Shown here in pieces: positions 1 through 12,025 of a stretch of 64,000 bases of DNA (position 1 is its first letter; each line of letters begins with the position of its first letter). Position numbers and translations under genes: made by a program. Under the pieces are notes generated by a model. That model saw only the letters and a program-made list of their open reading frames with translations. It was not told the origin of the DNA and made no database searches. Origin of the DNA: Malacoraja senta. Its lineage: Eukaryota. The stretch is from NCBI GenBank assembly GCA_038087875.1, contig CM075992.1, positions 5,520,001 through 5,584,000 of the forward strand, read 5' to 3'.

Positions 1-28
1 CACACCAGCATTTATTTTCAATCGATCA

Positions 29-313
29 GGGGCGGCACGGTGACGCAGCCTTACAGCACCTGGGGTCGATCCAGACTATGGGTGCTGTCTGTACAGAGAT
101 TGTATGTTCTCCCCATGACCGTGCGGGTTCACTCCAAGTGCTCCAGTTTCCTCCCACACTAAAAGACGTGCAGGTTTTTAGATTAATTGGCTTTGGTTAA
201 AATGGAAAATTGTCCCTAGTGTGTGGTGTGTGCTAGTGTAATGGGGATTGCTGGTCGGCATGGACTCGGTGGGCTGAAGGGCCTGTTTCCGCACTGTATC
301 ATTGAACTAAACT
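29..313 (+). mobile_element. tRNA-derived V-SINE/HE1-like SINE (representative; similar copies at ~1155-1432, 4010-4220, 5385-6190, 10757-11045, 13025-13315, 25240-25530, 37855-38145, 44445-44720, 46705-46980, 49425-49740, 51460-51790)
   Basis: A/B-box-like head, central GTCTGTACGGAGTTTGTACGTTCTCCCCGTGACC...TTTCCTCCCACACTCCAAAGAC core, and CR1-like tail GGGCCGAAGGGCCTGTTTCC...(TAAAC)n repeated through the window. Confidence 0.8.
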
Positions 314-1492
314 TTTCAATTAAGACACAAACTGCTAGAGTAACTCAGTGGGTCAGGCGACACCATGGAGAACATGGATAGGTAACGTTTCGGGTCGGGA
401 CCCTTCTTCAAATTGATTGTATGTCGGTGGGGGGGGGGGGAAAGCTGGAAGAGAGGAGGTGCAAGCAAAGCCTGGCAGGAGAGAGCGGAGGGGGGGGGGG
501 GCAGGACAAAGCCTGGCAATCAGTTTGGCAGTAGGTCAAGTTGGGTTTGTTTTGGCCATGGGTCGGTTGGGTTTATATATCGGAGCGGATCTCGAGCTGG
601 GAGAACACTGCCTGTACTCACCTAGTTTGGAAAGTACGGCCCACTACACATAGCTTTCAGAGAGCAGAAGGGACTGGAAGCACAGAGCACCTCCGACTCC
701 ATCATTTGAGATGGCCCTTTGTGCAAAGAGTTGGTGCTCATCAATCAGCCCGAACCCTGGACACGTCTGCCAATGGCACTCCATTCCACTGTACCATGAT
801 CCAGTGTGTCAACAGCACTCCGTAGGTTTAGGAGGATATGCTGGATATATATCCTGGACAGTGGGTCTAGTGTAGATGGGGCATGGGCAAGTTAGATCAA
901 AGTGCCTGTTTCCATGGTGTACTTTATAACTATGCACCATCTGTACATTGTGACCCACACTGGCAATTATACACCAACTACTAATGAGACAGTGGTCCAT
1001 CACATGATAGACCAACACTGTGTGCCACGTGACTGTACCATCATTTTACAGCACAACCCATTTGCAATTCTGTCGCCATCAAATCATAGAGCACAGATAC
1101 ACGCCCTTTACAGCAGAACAAGGTGGCCCATCTTGCTCATCTCTCCTGGGTGGTGCGGCTGGTAGAGCCACTGCCTCACAGCGGTTTCCATCCCGACCTC
1201 GGGCGCTGTCTGCGTGTGCAATTTGTGCGTTCTCCCTGTGACCGCGTGCGTTTTCCCCGGGTGCTCCAATTTCCTCCCACATCCCAGAGACGTGCCGGTT
1301 GGTAGGCTAATCCAGCTTCTGTAAATTGCCGCTAGAGTGCAGGGTGTGATGACATAGAACTAGCCGTGAACGGTTGATCAGTGGACTCAGTGGGGCCAGG
1401 GGGCCTGTTCCACGCTGTATCTCTAAACTCAACCAAGAACACAGCACATGTACAAGAGCTGTTAGACATGGAGTCCTCAGTTGGAACAGTAT

Positions 1493-2706
1493 TTTATTAC
1501 AGGATTAAAATCGTGCAGGAAAACAACCAGGTTACTGTCCTATTGTAATGTGAAGCGCAATGTAGGTCTACAACATCATAAATGCTCCTTGACCATATAT
1601 TTTCCGCCACGATTTAACAAAGAAACTACATTCTGGACAGCTTATCAAGTACCACAGAAGAACCAACAGGACTGTTTGAGTTAGGACCCGGCATAATTAG
1701 TGTCAGGGCTCAAAATGTCCTCCTCCTATTCACCTCCGACTTAGAACAATTCATTGATTTATTTCGATAATATACACTGAGAATATCAATAAATTGGGCA
1801 GACATTCAATTTTAGTGAAGTTGACTCCGTATGATTGCACAAACAGATATAACCATCCAAGCCAAGACTGCTGCCCGCAACTTGAAATCTCCAGAGACAA
1901 CCCCCCATACTTGACTCCAGATTCCTCCAAAATCCACGGCCTAAACTAGTTGCAAGTATTGTTGAGCAACAGCCCCACCTTCTAAAGCGTTTCTGGGCTG
2001 CGTCTCATTTCGGAGTCCCTCCCCCATGTAATAACTCCCCCCTATTGATTACATTCCAGCGGTCCATTCACATTGTGGGCGCCACAGCCAATTTTGTGCC
2101 CATCTGCTTTTCAAAATGGCCGCTCCACTCCTCGAACGCGGCCTTGTTGCCCGTGGTAACGCGATGCTTTAAGAAGCCAAGTTTCCTGTCCCAGGAGGAA
2201 TTTCGTCTGAGCGCCTCATAGCTTCACACACACTCCAGACTATGCTCTGAGTGGCTCCAACCCATACAAAGGATTTCTATTTGCATAATAGAAATGGATA
2301 GTCTATGTAAAATATCTATATAAAAGAATGGCGTCAGTGATCTGCAATTAAAAGTCAGGAGCTCACCCCTAGATACAATTATTACTACACAATATGTACA
2401 TTAGAACAGGGTTTACTGTACCAGCGTGACTTGCACAAGGCAGTCTTCCTACAGTGAACTGAAAGGATCAGAAATGCTTGTCCTAATTATGTGCTGAAGA
2501 TATTACAAATGCAACTAAAAGACTCTCAGGATTTTGTTTCCAATGTGAGGACCAGTAATGGTCAGGTAACCCTCGTCCCTCTCCCACTTTTCCACGGAGC
2601 TGTCTGTCCCAGAGAAGGCTCCGTCGGAAGAACGCGCTGGTTCAAGGATGGAAAGCGAGCCACCTGAACCTGAGGGCAAGTCCCACAGTCGCCGGCACCA
2701 GTCGCC
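1493..2706 (-). other. Probable 3'UTR of the TRIP10-like gene with AATAAA signals
   Basis: About 1.2 kb of repeat-free sequence after the stop; minus-strand AATAAA at 1763-1758 and 1498-1493. Confidence 0.55.
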
Positions 2707-2860
2707 TCACATCCCGCCGAGGGAGACCTTCACGTAGGACGTGGGGACGTAGCCTTCCTCGCCGTCGTTCCGCCTGACCCGAGTCCACCCTCCCCCTTGT
2801 CCTCCTCAATCAGGCGAAGTACCTCTCCTTCCGCCATCGCAATGGTTCATTCACTGTTGC
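2707..2860 (-). CDS. TRIP10: TRIP10-like last coding exon (SH3: [21 protein letters not shown][fs][27 protein letters not shown]), disrupted as assembled
   Basis: Clear SH3 homology ([12 protein letters not shown]...EEGYVPTSY). TGA at 2849-2847 replaces a conserved Gly, there is a 1-nt deletion near 2790, and the terminal TGA is at 2709-2707. Confidence 0.85.
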
Positions 2861-2904
2861 CTTGCAGGGATCAAAGCATCTCTTAACTCACAGGGTCCTT
2901 CAAT

Positions 2905-3198
2905 GCCACATATGTACACGTACACACACGTACATGTACGTGCACACACACATGCAGGCACGCACACATACACACGCATGTACACACGTACGCACACTCA
3001 TGCATGTACACAACACACACGTGTGCACACACAAACGTACACACACGTACATGTACGTGCGCACACACATGCAGGCACACACACACACACACACATGTAT
3101 GTACACATGTACGCGCACACTCACGCATGTACACACACACACGCGTGCACACACAAACGTACACACACACACACGAACGTGTACACACACACACACAC
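2905..3198. repeat. Degenerate (CA)/(RY)n microsatellite
   Basis: Alternating purine-pyrimidine tract next to the last TRIP10 acceptor. Confidence 0.95.
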
Positions 3199-3676
3199 GG
3201 GTTCTCTGTGATCGCATGGGTGTCCTCCGTTGGAAAGGGCGCAAAAGAGATGTTCACAAGCTATAGGATAGAATTAGGCCATTCGGCCCATCGAGTCCAC
3301 TCCGCCATTCAATCATGGCTGATCTCTGCCTCCTAATCCCATTTTCCTGCCTCCTCCCCATAACCCTTGACATCCGTTCTAATCAAGAATTTGTCTATCT
3401 CTGCCTTAAAAATATCCACTGACTTGGCCTCCACGGCCCTCTGTGGCAATGAGTTCCACAGATTAACCACCCTCTGACTAAAGAAGAATATTACCTGGAT
3501 GAATTTTCGGAAAGGTCAGATATTTTCTTTGGGCTGTAGGAGGCTGAGGGGTGCAAGATCATGAGGGCATGTATGAAGTGAATGCTCTTGTCACACACAC
3601 ACTCCAGCACACACACCACACACACACACTCTCAGCACACACAGACACACACACAGCTGCCCTTCCCTAAGCTTAC

Positions 3677-3825
3677 CGTCAAATGCATACAGGGCATTGA
3701 ATTTCCAATTGGGATGAATGATATCATCCACTTCAAAATCATCGAACTCTGAGAGGGGTGGTGGCTGTGGCAATGGCTCCTGCAATGGCTCCTGCCCACT
3801 ATCATCGGAGTAGGTTGTATCCGGA
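3677..3825 (-). CDS. TRIP10: TRIP10-like penultimate exon (SPDTTYSDDSGQEPLQEPLPQPPPLSEFDDFEVDDIIHPNWKFNALYAFDG), start of SH3 domain
   Basis: CCAG acceptor and G|GTAAGC donor; SPD..Y, EFDDF and ALYxFDG motifs of the family. Confidence 0.88.
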
Positions 3826-4591
3826 CTGGTTTAAGAGATGGAGAAGAAATCAATTTACAAATACCTGATCTTTTGAAATCAACCTGCATTCTTGGCAAAC
3901 CAAAATCTGCTGGAGAAACTCAGCCCAGCTCAGCGGCATCCGTGGAGGGAGAGAAATGGTCGACGCTTCGGGTCAATCCCTGCACGAGAGCCTGATGCAG
4001 CGATTAACACAAGCCTACACACACGAGGGACAATTTACACTGATAGCAAGTATACAAACGCCAAGGCAATTAACCTAGAAACCTGTACGTCTTTGGAGTG
4101 TGGAGGAAAGCAAAGATCGCGGAGAAAACCCACGCTGTCACGGAGAGAACGTACAAACTCCGTATAGACAGCAGCCGTCGTCGGGATCGAACCGCGCCTC
4201 TGGTGCTGCAGGGCACAACTCTACCGCTGCACCACCCTGCCATGTGTGTCTTCATTCTTTAGATATTAGCTGTGATTTCACTGGTGACACATTCACCTCA
4301 TCATATGATTCAAAGTCAGAGTTTAATTTCAGAGTTATAGAGCATGCATCTAGCCCTTGGCAAAACTCAGCCACATCGACCCAGATGCCTATCGGCCCAG
4401 AAGCCAATCCAATTTGCCCGCACTTGGCCCAAATTCTCTCCAAACTTTTCCGATTCATCTACCAATCCGAATGTTTCATAAGCATTGTCAAAGTCTCCAG
4501 CAGCACTGATCCAGCAGACTTGCCCAGGCTGAGATCCCAGTGTAGTTGAAGCTCCATTGCAATAGAGAGATCCAGCAAGGAGCCCACTCAC

Positions 4592-5023
4592 AAGGAGCAG
4601 TAGCCAGGGTCGGGAGGGGCAGGGGTCACCGCCACTCCACCTAGTGTCCGTAGAGAGAGGAACGGCTCTGCTGTCAGCGACCGAAGGACCAGTGACGGGA
4701 TCTAGGGAGTGGGCAGGGCTGAAGATGTCCTGGTTGGGTTGCTCCTAGGCCTGGCCAAGCTGGCCATCCGCGAGTCACGGCGCCAGGTGAAGAGGGCTTT
4801 GCCCGAGCCAGATGTTTGCCCCTTTATCGGGGTTATGTCTGCGCCCCCGGGTGGTGTTAGAGAGGGTGGCGTTATTTGTAAACATAGTCGTTTGGAATTT
4901 AATGTCTGAATAGTTTGGTGATTTTGTAATATGGTGGTGGGTGTGTCACCACGGATTTGTTTTTTTTTTTGTTTTTTTGTATCGCGTTCGTAATCAAATA
5001 AATTATTTTTGATACAAATAAAA
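4592..5023 (+). mobile_element. Tx1-clade non-LTR retrotransposon 3' fragment
   Basis: EDVLVGLLLGLAKLAIRESRRQV is typical of a Tx1 ORF2 C-terminus; AATAAA and A-rich end; 12-bp TSD GAGCCCACTCAC at 4580-4591 and 5024-5035. Confidence 0.8.
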
Positions 5024-5035
5024 GAGCCCACTCAC

Positions 5036-5154
5036 CTCCCTTTATCGTGCGAGCCTTGTTGTTGTTGAGGGAGGGCGACTGATCGCAGTGCGGGTTGCAC
5101 TGTACAATGCTCTCACTTCGCGAAACAACTTTCCTTCGGCGTCCGTCAGCAGGA
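5036..5154 (-). CDS. TRIP10: TRIP10-like post-HR1 exon, frame-disrupted (approximately S[W]LTDAEGKL...HDKGS)
   Basis: TTCTTTTCCAAG acceptor and AG|GTGAGT donor; 119 bp fits the flanking phases. The family motif AWLAE(A/V)EG appears only after restoring one G (TCC TG- CTG ACG GAC GCC GAA GGA). In-frame TGA as assembled. Confidence 0.7.
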
Positions 5155-5407
5155 CTTGGAAAAGAACAAACGATTTACTGTAAGTCAACTTTTCTCACTC
5201 AGCGGGGCATCGTTACCCCCCCCCCCCACTCCCACCCCCCCCACCCTTCAATGTCTCCCCTTCCTCGGCTCTCTCCACATTCCACAACTGGTTTCAGCCG
5301 CTGCTGTGAATGCACAGGTTTATTCTTCATTCCTGAAACCCTTCCCTTTCCCATTGGCCATCCTCTCTTCACCGTGTGGGACTGCACAGCGGTAGATTGT
5401 TGCCTTG

Positions 5408-5737
5408 AAGCCCTGTCCCACGGTGCGAAGTTCATTCCAAGAGCTCTCCCGAGATTTAAAAAAATCAAACTCGTGTAAGCACGGAGAATGAACGTAGCGG
5501 GTACGTCGGAGCTCGGGGACGTCTCTTAGCGGCTCGTAACGCTAACGGCAAGTACTCGGGAAGACTCGCTAATGGCAGGTAAGCACGGGAAGACTCGTGA
5601 AGATTTTTCAACATGTTCAAAAATGTCCACGAGAGCCCCGAGTACCGACGAGTGGCCATTACCGCAAATCTCCGAGTTCGAATCAGGGCAAACTCGGGAG
5701 AGCTCTTGGAATGAACTCGTACCGTGGGACAGGGCTT
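5408..5737. mobile_element. PIF/Harbinger-like MITE family A (~330 bp; copies at 31533-31863 and 60109-60439)
   Basis: Long TIRs AGCCCTGTCCCACGGT...ACCGTGGGACAGGGCT; three near-identical copies; interrupts host repeats at TTA/TAA-like sites. Confidence 0.8.
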
Positions 5738-6865
5738 TTAGAGAGCCTGAGATCCGGGTTCAATCCTGACTACGGGTGCTGTCTGTACGGAGTTTGTACG
5801 TTCTCCCTGTGACCGCCTGGGTTTCCTCCGGGTGCTCCAGTTTCCTCCCACGCTCCAAAGACGTGCAGGTTTGTAGGATAGTTTTAAAATGCTGTTTTTC
5901 CCCTGTTTTTTTCTTTCCACCCACATTATTTAATATGTAAAAGAATATGTGATTCTATTCTTCCATTCTGTTTGTAGTTTTGTTTGTTTGTTTGTTTGTT
6001 TTTTTTCAACAAAGTCGCGAGCATTGCCACTTTTCATGTCACTGCACATCTCGTATGTGTATGTGACAACTTAGACTTGACTTGACCATTGAAATTGCAC
6101 TAGGTGTAGGGTAGAACTAGTGTACGGGTGATCGCGGTTGGTGCAGCTCGGTGGACCGAAGGGCCCATTTCCACCTCTATATCGAAGCTTAACTAAATGT
6201 GACCTATGTTGAGGTCTAGTAATAACAATTTATTGACAGGCCGGGCTCCACACTATGCACAATAGAGCAATTCTCACAAGGCTTTGTACCATTTTATACC
6301 CAGGGATTCTGCCAACCTCACGCAGTCTGGCCTCTGTGTAACTATCTCTTCCATTCAGGGGCGATGGATGGAAAATGTGACCTTCAGATGCCAGGAATGA
6401 AGAATAAACCTGTGCATTAATTGCGTTCCCTTGTTCCTCTGCTGTTGCATGAAATCCGATCCGGGCTTTTAACTCCCCAGCTCTAACGTCCCATCCCCCC
6501 CGCATCAATCTCGACCACACCCCCACTCACATACCCAGCCTGACCCCGACTGCAAGGCAGAGTAGACTCGATGGGCTAAATGGCCTAGGGGTCTGTTCCG
6601 ATGGTCTCCGATGGAAGAGTTGCCTCTCAGTAGAGGATACTTGCACAGATCAATGTGAATGGTTCCAAGGTTCTGTCTTGAAGGAGAGACTAATAATTCT
6701 CCATGGTTCCCTGGCCAATATTTATTTCCCGTACAATATTAATAAACCAATATTGCAATATTATCTCATTGCTCTTCCAAGGTGGAGTTGGCCGCACATT
6801 GCAGCAAGTGTTTTTTTGGGGGAAGTGGTGCAGAGTTTCCCGGGTCTTTGGTGCTTGGACCCTAC

Positions 6866-6998
6866 CTCGTATTTCTGCAGCTCATGATGCAGTCTGTCGA
6901 TGTGCTGGTTGGTCTCTATTATCCTGGGCTCAAGGCTATTTGGATCTCCCATCTGTGGGTTCCGCTGGTAAACATCTTTCATTTTATCCAGAGCTTCC
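6866..6998 (-). CDS. TRIP10: TRIP10-like HR1 (Cdc42-binding) exon ((R)[44 protein letters not shown])
   Basis: Intact 133-bp exon with TTCTTGCAG acceptor and GAG|GTAGGG donor. REAL, SLEP-I-ET and QKYE resemble TRIP10 (FNBP1L has KDAL/SLQPKL/HKNE; FNBP1 has RDAI/SLDHKL/QKFE). Confidence 0.9.
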
Positions 6999-8660
6999 CT
7001 GCAAGAACGAGACAAGATGCAATTTAACCCTTGGGTCCCCAGTTCAGCTGCAGAGTGTCAAGTCCCGTGTAGCCCAGTCGTACAGACCAGCAGACTCGCC
7101 ATCATATGATACGATACAACTTTATCCCAGGAAGGAAATTGATCTGCCAAGTCATAAATACACAAAATACATGAGATTAAAGTGACGAATGGAAAGGATC
7201 GGGGGTGTGCAAAGATTGAGGATGGGGGTGGGGGGAGTCAGTCTCAGTCTACCATGGGGATGATCAGCCACGATCACATTGAATGGCGGTGCTGGCTCGA
7301 AGGGCCGAATGGCTTACTCCTGCACTATTGTCTATTGTCTACCCCATGACAGAAGGGGGAGGAGTTGTACAGTTTGATACAAACTTTCAAGAGAGAGTTA
7401 GATAGAGCTCTTAAAGATAGCAGAGTCAGGGGATATGGGGAGAAGGCAGGAACAGGGTACTGATTGGGGATGATCAGCCATGATCACATTGAATGGCGGT
7501 GCTGGCTCGAACGGCCAAATGGCCTACTCCTGCACCTATTGTCTATTGATAGCCACAGGGAAGAAGGATCTCCTGTGGCGTTCTGTGCTGCATCTTGGTG
7601 GAACCAGTCTGTTGCTGAAGGTTCTCCTCAGGTTGACCTGAGTGTCATGGAGGGGGTGAACTGTATTGTCCAAGACGCTCCGCAGTTTCAGGAAAATCCT
7701 CCCCTCCAAGACCACCTCTCGTGAATGCAGGATGGAACCAGTCTTCCTGATGAGTTTGTTGGTCATTGACTCCATCTACACTTCACACTGCTCTGGGGAA
7801 GCAGCCAAGGGCCTTTATCACTCCAGCCGGTCCCACTTCTCCCCACTCCCGTTGGGCAGAAGATACAAAGGTTTGAAAACATACCACTGGCCTCGGGAAC
7901 AGCTTCCCCCCCTCTGTTACCAGTCACACCATAAACTAGGGCATAATGCCAATCTTCCAACCTACCTCATTGCACATTGGATATTTTTTACTGGAACTGT
8001 TACGCCACCTTACTGAAAAAAAAACAATATTCTGCACGCTGCTCTTGCTGTTTAAATGTGTGTGGCTTGAATGTGTTCGTGCATGATTTGATAGGATAGC
8101 ACTCAAACACACGAGCTATTCACTGTATCTCAGTATCTATGACAATAATAAACCAAGGTTACAAACTGAGTGCTGAGGCAGTGTGGGGATCTGGCCAGCA
8201 GTTGTCTCGTACCTCATCATAAGGTCATAAGGAATAGGAGTAGAATTAGGCCGTTAGGCCCATCAAGTCTACTCCACCATTCAATAATGGCTGATCTATC
8301 TCTCCCTCCTAACCCCATTCACCTGCCTTCTCCCCATAACCCCTGACACCTGTATTAATCGTCCCAGTACTCCGCCTTCACAGTCCTGCTGAAGTATATG
8401 GAGGCTTTGGAGAGGTTTATCAGAATGCTGGCTGGATTAGAGATTGGACAAACTTATATGGTTTTCTCTGGACCGTCGGACTCCCCAGAGCGAGCCTTGC
8501 CATTCATTGTGATGGTCCTGCCCTGGTTTGATATAACACACTCACAAGCAGAAGGGTTTAGATTAAGTAGGATGCATGTTTGGCACAAACGCTGTGGGTT
8601 GACGGGGTGTTCCTGTGCTATTGTTCTATGTTCTGTGTAAACAATGAACGTCAAGTTTAG

Positions 8661-8972
8661 GTGGTCACGGTGGCGCAGCGGTAGAGTTGCTGCCTTACAG
8701 CGAATGCAGCGCCGGAGACCCGGGTTCCACCCCGACTACGGGTGCCGTCTGTACGGAGTTTGTACGTTCTCCCCGTGACCGCATGGGTTTCCTCCGAGAT
8801 CTTCGGATTCCTCCCACACTCCAAAGACCTACAGGTTTGTAGGTTAATTGGCTTGGTATAAGTGTAAAAACTGTCCCTAGTGGGTGTAGGATGGTGTTAA
8901 TGTGCGGGGATCGCTGGTCGGCGCGGACCCGGTGGGCTGAAGGGCCTATTTCCGCGCTGTGTCTCCAAACTG
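8661..8972 (+). mobile_element. V-SINE/HE1-like SINE, well-preserved copy
   Basis: GGTGGCGCAGCGGTAGAG head, GGGTTCCACCCC B-box-like motif, V-domain core and CR1-type tail. Confidence 0.85.
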
Positions 8973-9352
8973 AAGTGTCCAACGGCTGAGTGAGCATCAC
9001 TGCCGAGCCTGACCCTGTCGATCGGTCAAACACCCACAAAGCCACCAGAGAGAAAACCGTGGATAGACACTAAATACTGGAGTATCTCAGCGGGTCAGGC
9101 AGCATCTCTGAAGAAAAGGAATAGGTGGCGTTTCAGGTCGAGGCCCTTCATCAGACTGCAAACTGTGCCTGGTTCATTTCCTTCCCAAGCATGGGCACTA
9201 TTGTCAACTTAGTTCATTAATTAAGACCAGGACATTGAGCAGTCCGTCTGCATCTCTACCGAGGAAGGGGATGTATGCCTGTGTCTATTCCTGCAAGACA
9301 GAAATGGGACCAGTCTGTCTGTCGCCTTTCCACAGGGAAGGAGACCGTGTAC

Positions 9353-9508
9353 CTTTTTCTACAACAGTTTGAGAGTCTGACTCCGTTTCAGAGAGGGAAC
9401 AGTTTGCTTCTTTCTGATCTAGAGAGGGAGGCCGGGGAAAGAGATAGGATGTTCCAGAGGGGGGGAGGATTTGGCAGTCTGCCTAGATTGTGTCACCCGC
9501 ACTTAAAC
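9353..9508 (-). CDS. Possible degraded alternative linker exon of the TRIP10-like gene (...KKQTVPSLKRSQTLKL...KK)
   Basis: CCTTGCAACAG acceptor and AAG|GTACAC donor; SLKRSQTLKL resembles the FNBP1 linker SLKRGLSLKL. Contains stops in all frames and sits beside the gap. Confidence 0.3.
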
Positions 9509-9538
9509 CTGTTGCAAGGTAGGAGTGTGAGTGTTTTG

Positions 9539-9738
9539 NNNNNNNNNNNNNNNNNNNNNNNNNNNNNNNNNNNNNNNNNNNNNNNNNNNNNNNNNNNNNN
9601 NNNNNNNNNNNNNNNNNNNNNNNNNNNNNNNNNNNNNNNNNNNNNNNNNNNNNNNNNNNNNNNNNNNNNNNNNNNNNNNNNNNNNNNNNNNNNNNNNNNN
9701 NNNNNNNNNNNNNNNNNNNNNNNNNNNNNNNNNNNNNN
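9539..9738. other. Assembly gap (200 N)
   Basis: Run of exactly 200 N, typical of an arbitrary-length scaffold join. Confidence 0.99.
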
Positions 9739-11607
9739 CAGGAAATCTTCCCATTGGATCCTGTTTGCTTTGTACATTCAATGTCTGCTTATCCTTAACT
9801 GCCCTTCAAATCGAGTGATTTGCTCAGCTATTTCGGAGGACAATTATGACTTCAGTATCTGGAGACACATGTAGGCCAGGAGAGGACGGCAGATTCCCTT
9901 CACTAAAAGGACATCGGTGAAGCAGATGGCTTGTTACTGCAGCGTTTGTGGATCACTCATTTAGCTAATAAAGTTCCATCGCAGATTGTTTTAAATTAAT
10001 TTAATTACCCCAGCTGCTGCTCTGGGACTCGGCCATCAATCTAATTTGGATATATGTTGCTGTTCCTCCATCATAAGTTCATAAGCGATAGGGGCAGAAT
10101 TAGGCCAATCGGCCCATCAAGTCTACTCCACCATTCAATCATGGCTTATCTATCTTTATCTCTCAACCCCATTCTCCTGCCTTCTCCCCATAACTCCTGA
10201 CATCCATCATTGCGTCCAAATCCTGGAACTCATTATCAACAAGCACCATGGGAACATCTTGCGATGGGTAATAAATCCTGGTCTTACCAGTGATGACCAA
10301 GTCCCTTGGTTGTTACTATCCTTGGGAACTGTACTCTAAGCTTCCGATTGTAATTGTAGCTGGCAATGATACAGCGGAAGAGACATTTAATCTATACAGA
10401 CCTGGCCATGCTCAAATGAACTTTCTCCCAACATGTTCCCGATGTTGGGGGAGTCCAGAACCTGGGGCCACAGTTTAAGAATAAGGAGTAAGCCATTTAG
10501 AACGGAGACGAGGAAACACTTTTTCACACAGCGAGTTGTGAGTCTGTGGAATTCTCTGCCTCAGAGGGCGTTGGAGGCCGGTTCTCTGGATACTTTCAAG
10601 AGAGAGCTAGATAGGGCTCTTATAGATAGCGGAGTCAGGGGATATGGGGAGATGGCAGGAACAGGGTACTGATTGTGGACGATCAGCCATGATCACATTG
10701 AATGCTGGCTTGAAGGGCCGAATGGCCTACTCCTGCACCTATTGTCTATTGTCTTCTTTAGACTTTAGCATTCAGAGATACAGCGTGAAAACAGGCCCTT
10801 CGGCCTACAGAGTCCATGCCAACCAGTTATCATCCCATACACTAACACTATCCTACACACCAAGGAAAATTTACAATTAACAGAAGCCAATTAATCTACT
10901 AACCTGTATGTCATTGGAGTGTGGGAGGAAACCAGAGCACCTGGAGAAAATCCATGGAGAATGTACAAACTCCGTACAGACAGCACCTGTAGTCAGCATC
11001 TAACCAGGGTTTCTGGTGCTTTGTCAGCGACTCTACCGCTGCATCGCTCTTCCTTATCTCACCAGGGTAGGGATGGGCAATGGGAAGAGGCACTACTGAA
11101 ATACATGGGAAAACAATGGGAGGGAGCAACAATAAGATGCTTCAACTAAGGTGATCTTGGCAGGTTGCCCCAGTGAGCTCTGTTTACATCGCACCTGCAT
11201 TGAAATATTGAGGAATAAAAAGACAAAAAGTGCTGGAATAAATCAGCGGGTCAGGCAACATCTCTGGAAAACATGCATAGGTGACGTTTCGGGTTGGGAC
11301 CCTTCTTCAGACAGAACACGGCTGAAGAGCAGGAGAACAGCAAGAACTAGAGTTTAGTTTAGTTTATTGACATGAGTACCGAGGTACAGTGAAAAGATTT
11401 TTGTTGAGTGCTAACCAGTCAGCGGAAAAAACGATACATGATTACAATCAATCCCTTCAGTGTACAGATACATGATAAAAGGAATAACATTTAGAGGTGA
11501 TAGTAAGATAGAGTTCCATAAAACTTGCATCAGGAGAAAGGAGCAGAATCTCTTCAAAATCAACATACAGGAATTAAGGGTCCTGACCAGAAATGTCACC
11601 CATCCAT

Positions 11608-12025
11608 AGGTACACAAAAATGCTGGAGAAACTCAGCGGGTGCAGCAGCATCTATGGAGCGAAGGAAATAGGTAACGTTTCGGGCCGAAACCCTTCTTCA
11701 GACTGATAGGGGGTGGGGAGAAGAAAGGAAAAAAGGAAAAAGGCGGAGGAGGAGCCCAAGGGCTGGGGGAGGGGAGGAGACAACCAGAGGGCTGATGAAG
11801 GGGAGGGGACAGCAAGGGCTAGCAGAATTGGGAGAATTCAATGATCAAGCCCCCAGGATGTAGACTGCCCAAGCGGAATATGAGGTGCATTTCCTCCAAT
11901 TTACGGTGTTGCTCGCTGTGGCCATGGAGGAGACCCAGGACAGAGAGGTCAGATACGGAATGGGAGGGGGAGTTGAAGTGCTGAGCCACCGGGAGTTCAG
12001 GTTGGTTATTGCGGACCGACCGAAC
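11608..12025 (-). mobile_element. 5'-truncated Penelope-like element: GIY-YIG endonuclease C-terminus plus 3' end with hammerhead motif
   Basis: ORF 12031-11819 (LPVAQHFNSPSHSVSDLSVLGL...RKLEEMHLIFRLGSLHPGGL) is typical of the PLE endonuclease end. 14-bp TSD TGTCACCCATCCAT at 11594-11607 and 12026-12039. Confidence 0.85.

Noticed and set aside
2847..2849. In-frame TGA as selenocysteine or programmed readthrough
   Set aside because: It replaces a conserved Gly (GGA>TGA), not Cys, and nearby frameshifts point to error or decay.
2862..3336. Overlapping His/Thr- and Cys/Val-rich ORFs
   Set aside because: Translations of a (CA)n-type microsatellite.
8661..8740. tRNA gene
   Set aside because: tRNA-like head continues straight into the SINE body; no full cloverleaf.
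9168..9225. INELS...KEMNQ as the missing EDFSHLPPEQ...QKEMDQR exon
   Set aside because: Pieces are in different frames with wrong spacing, there is no LPPEQ and no proper donor; likely chance.
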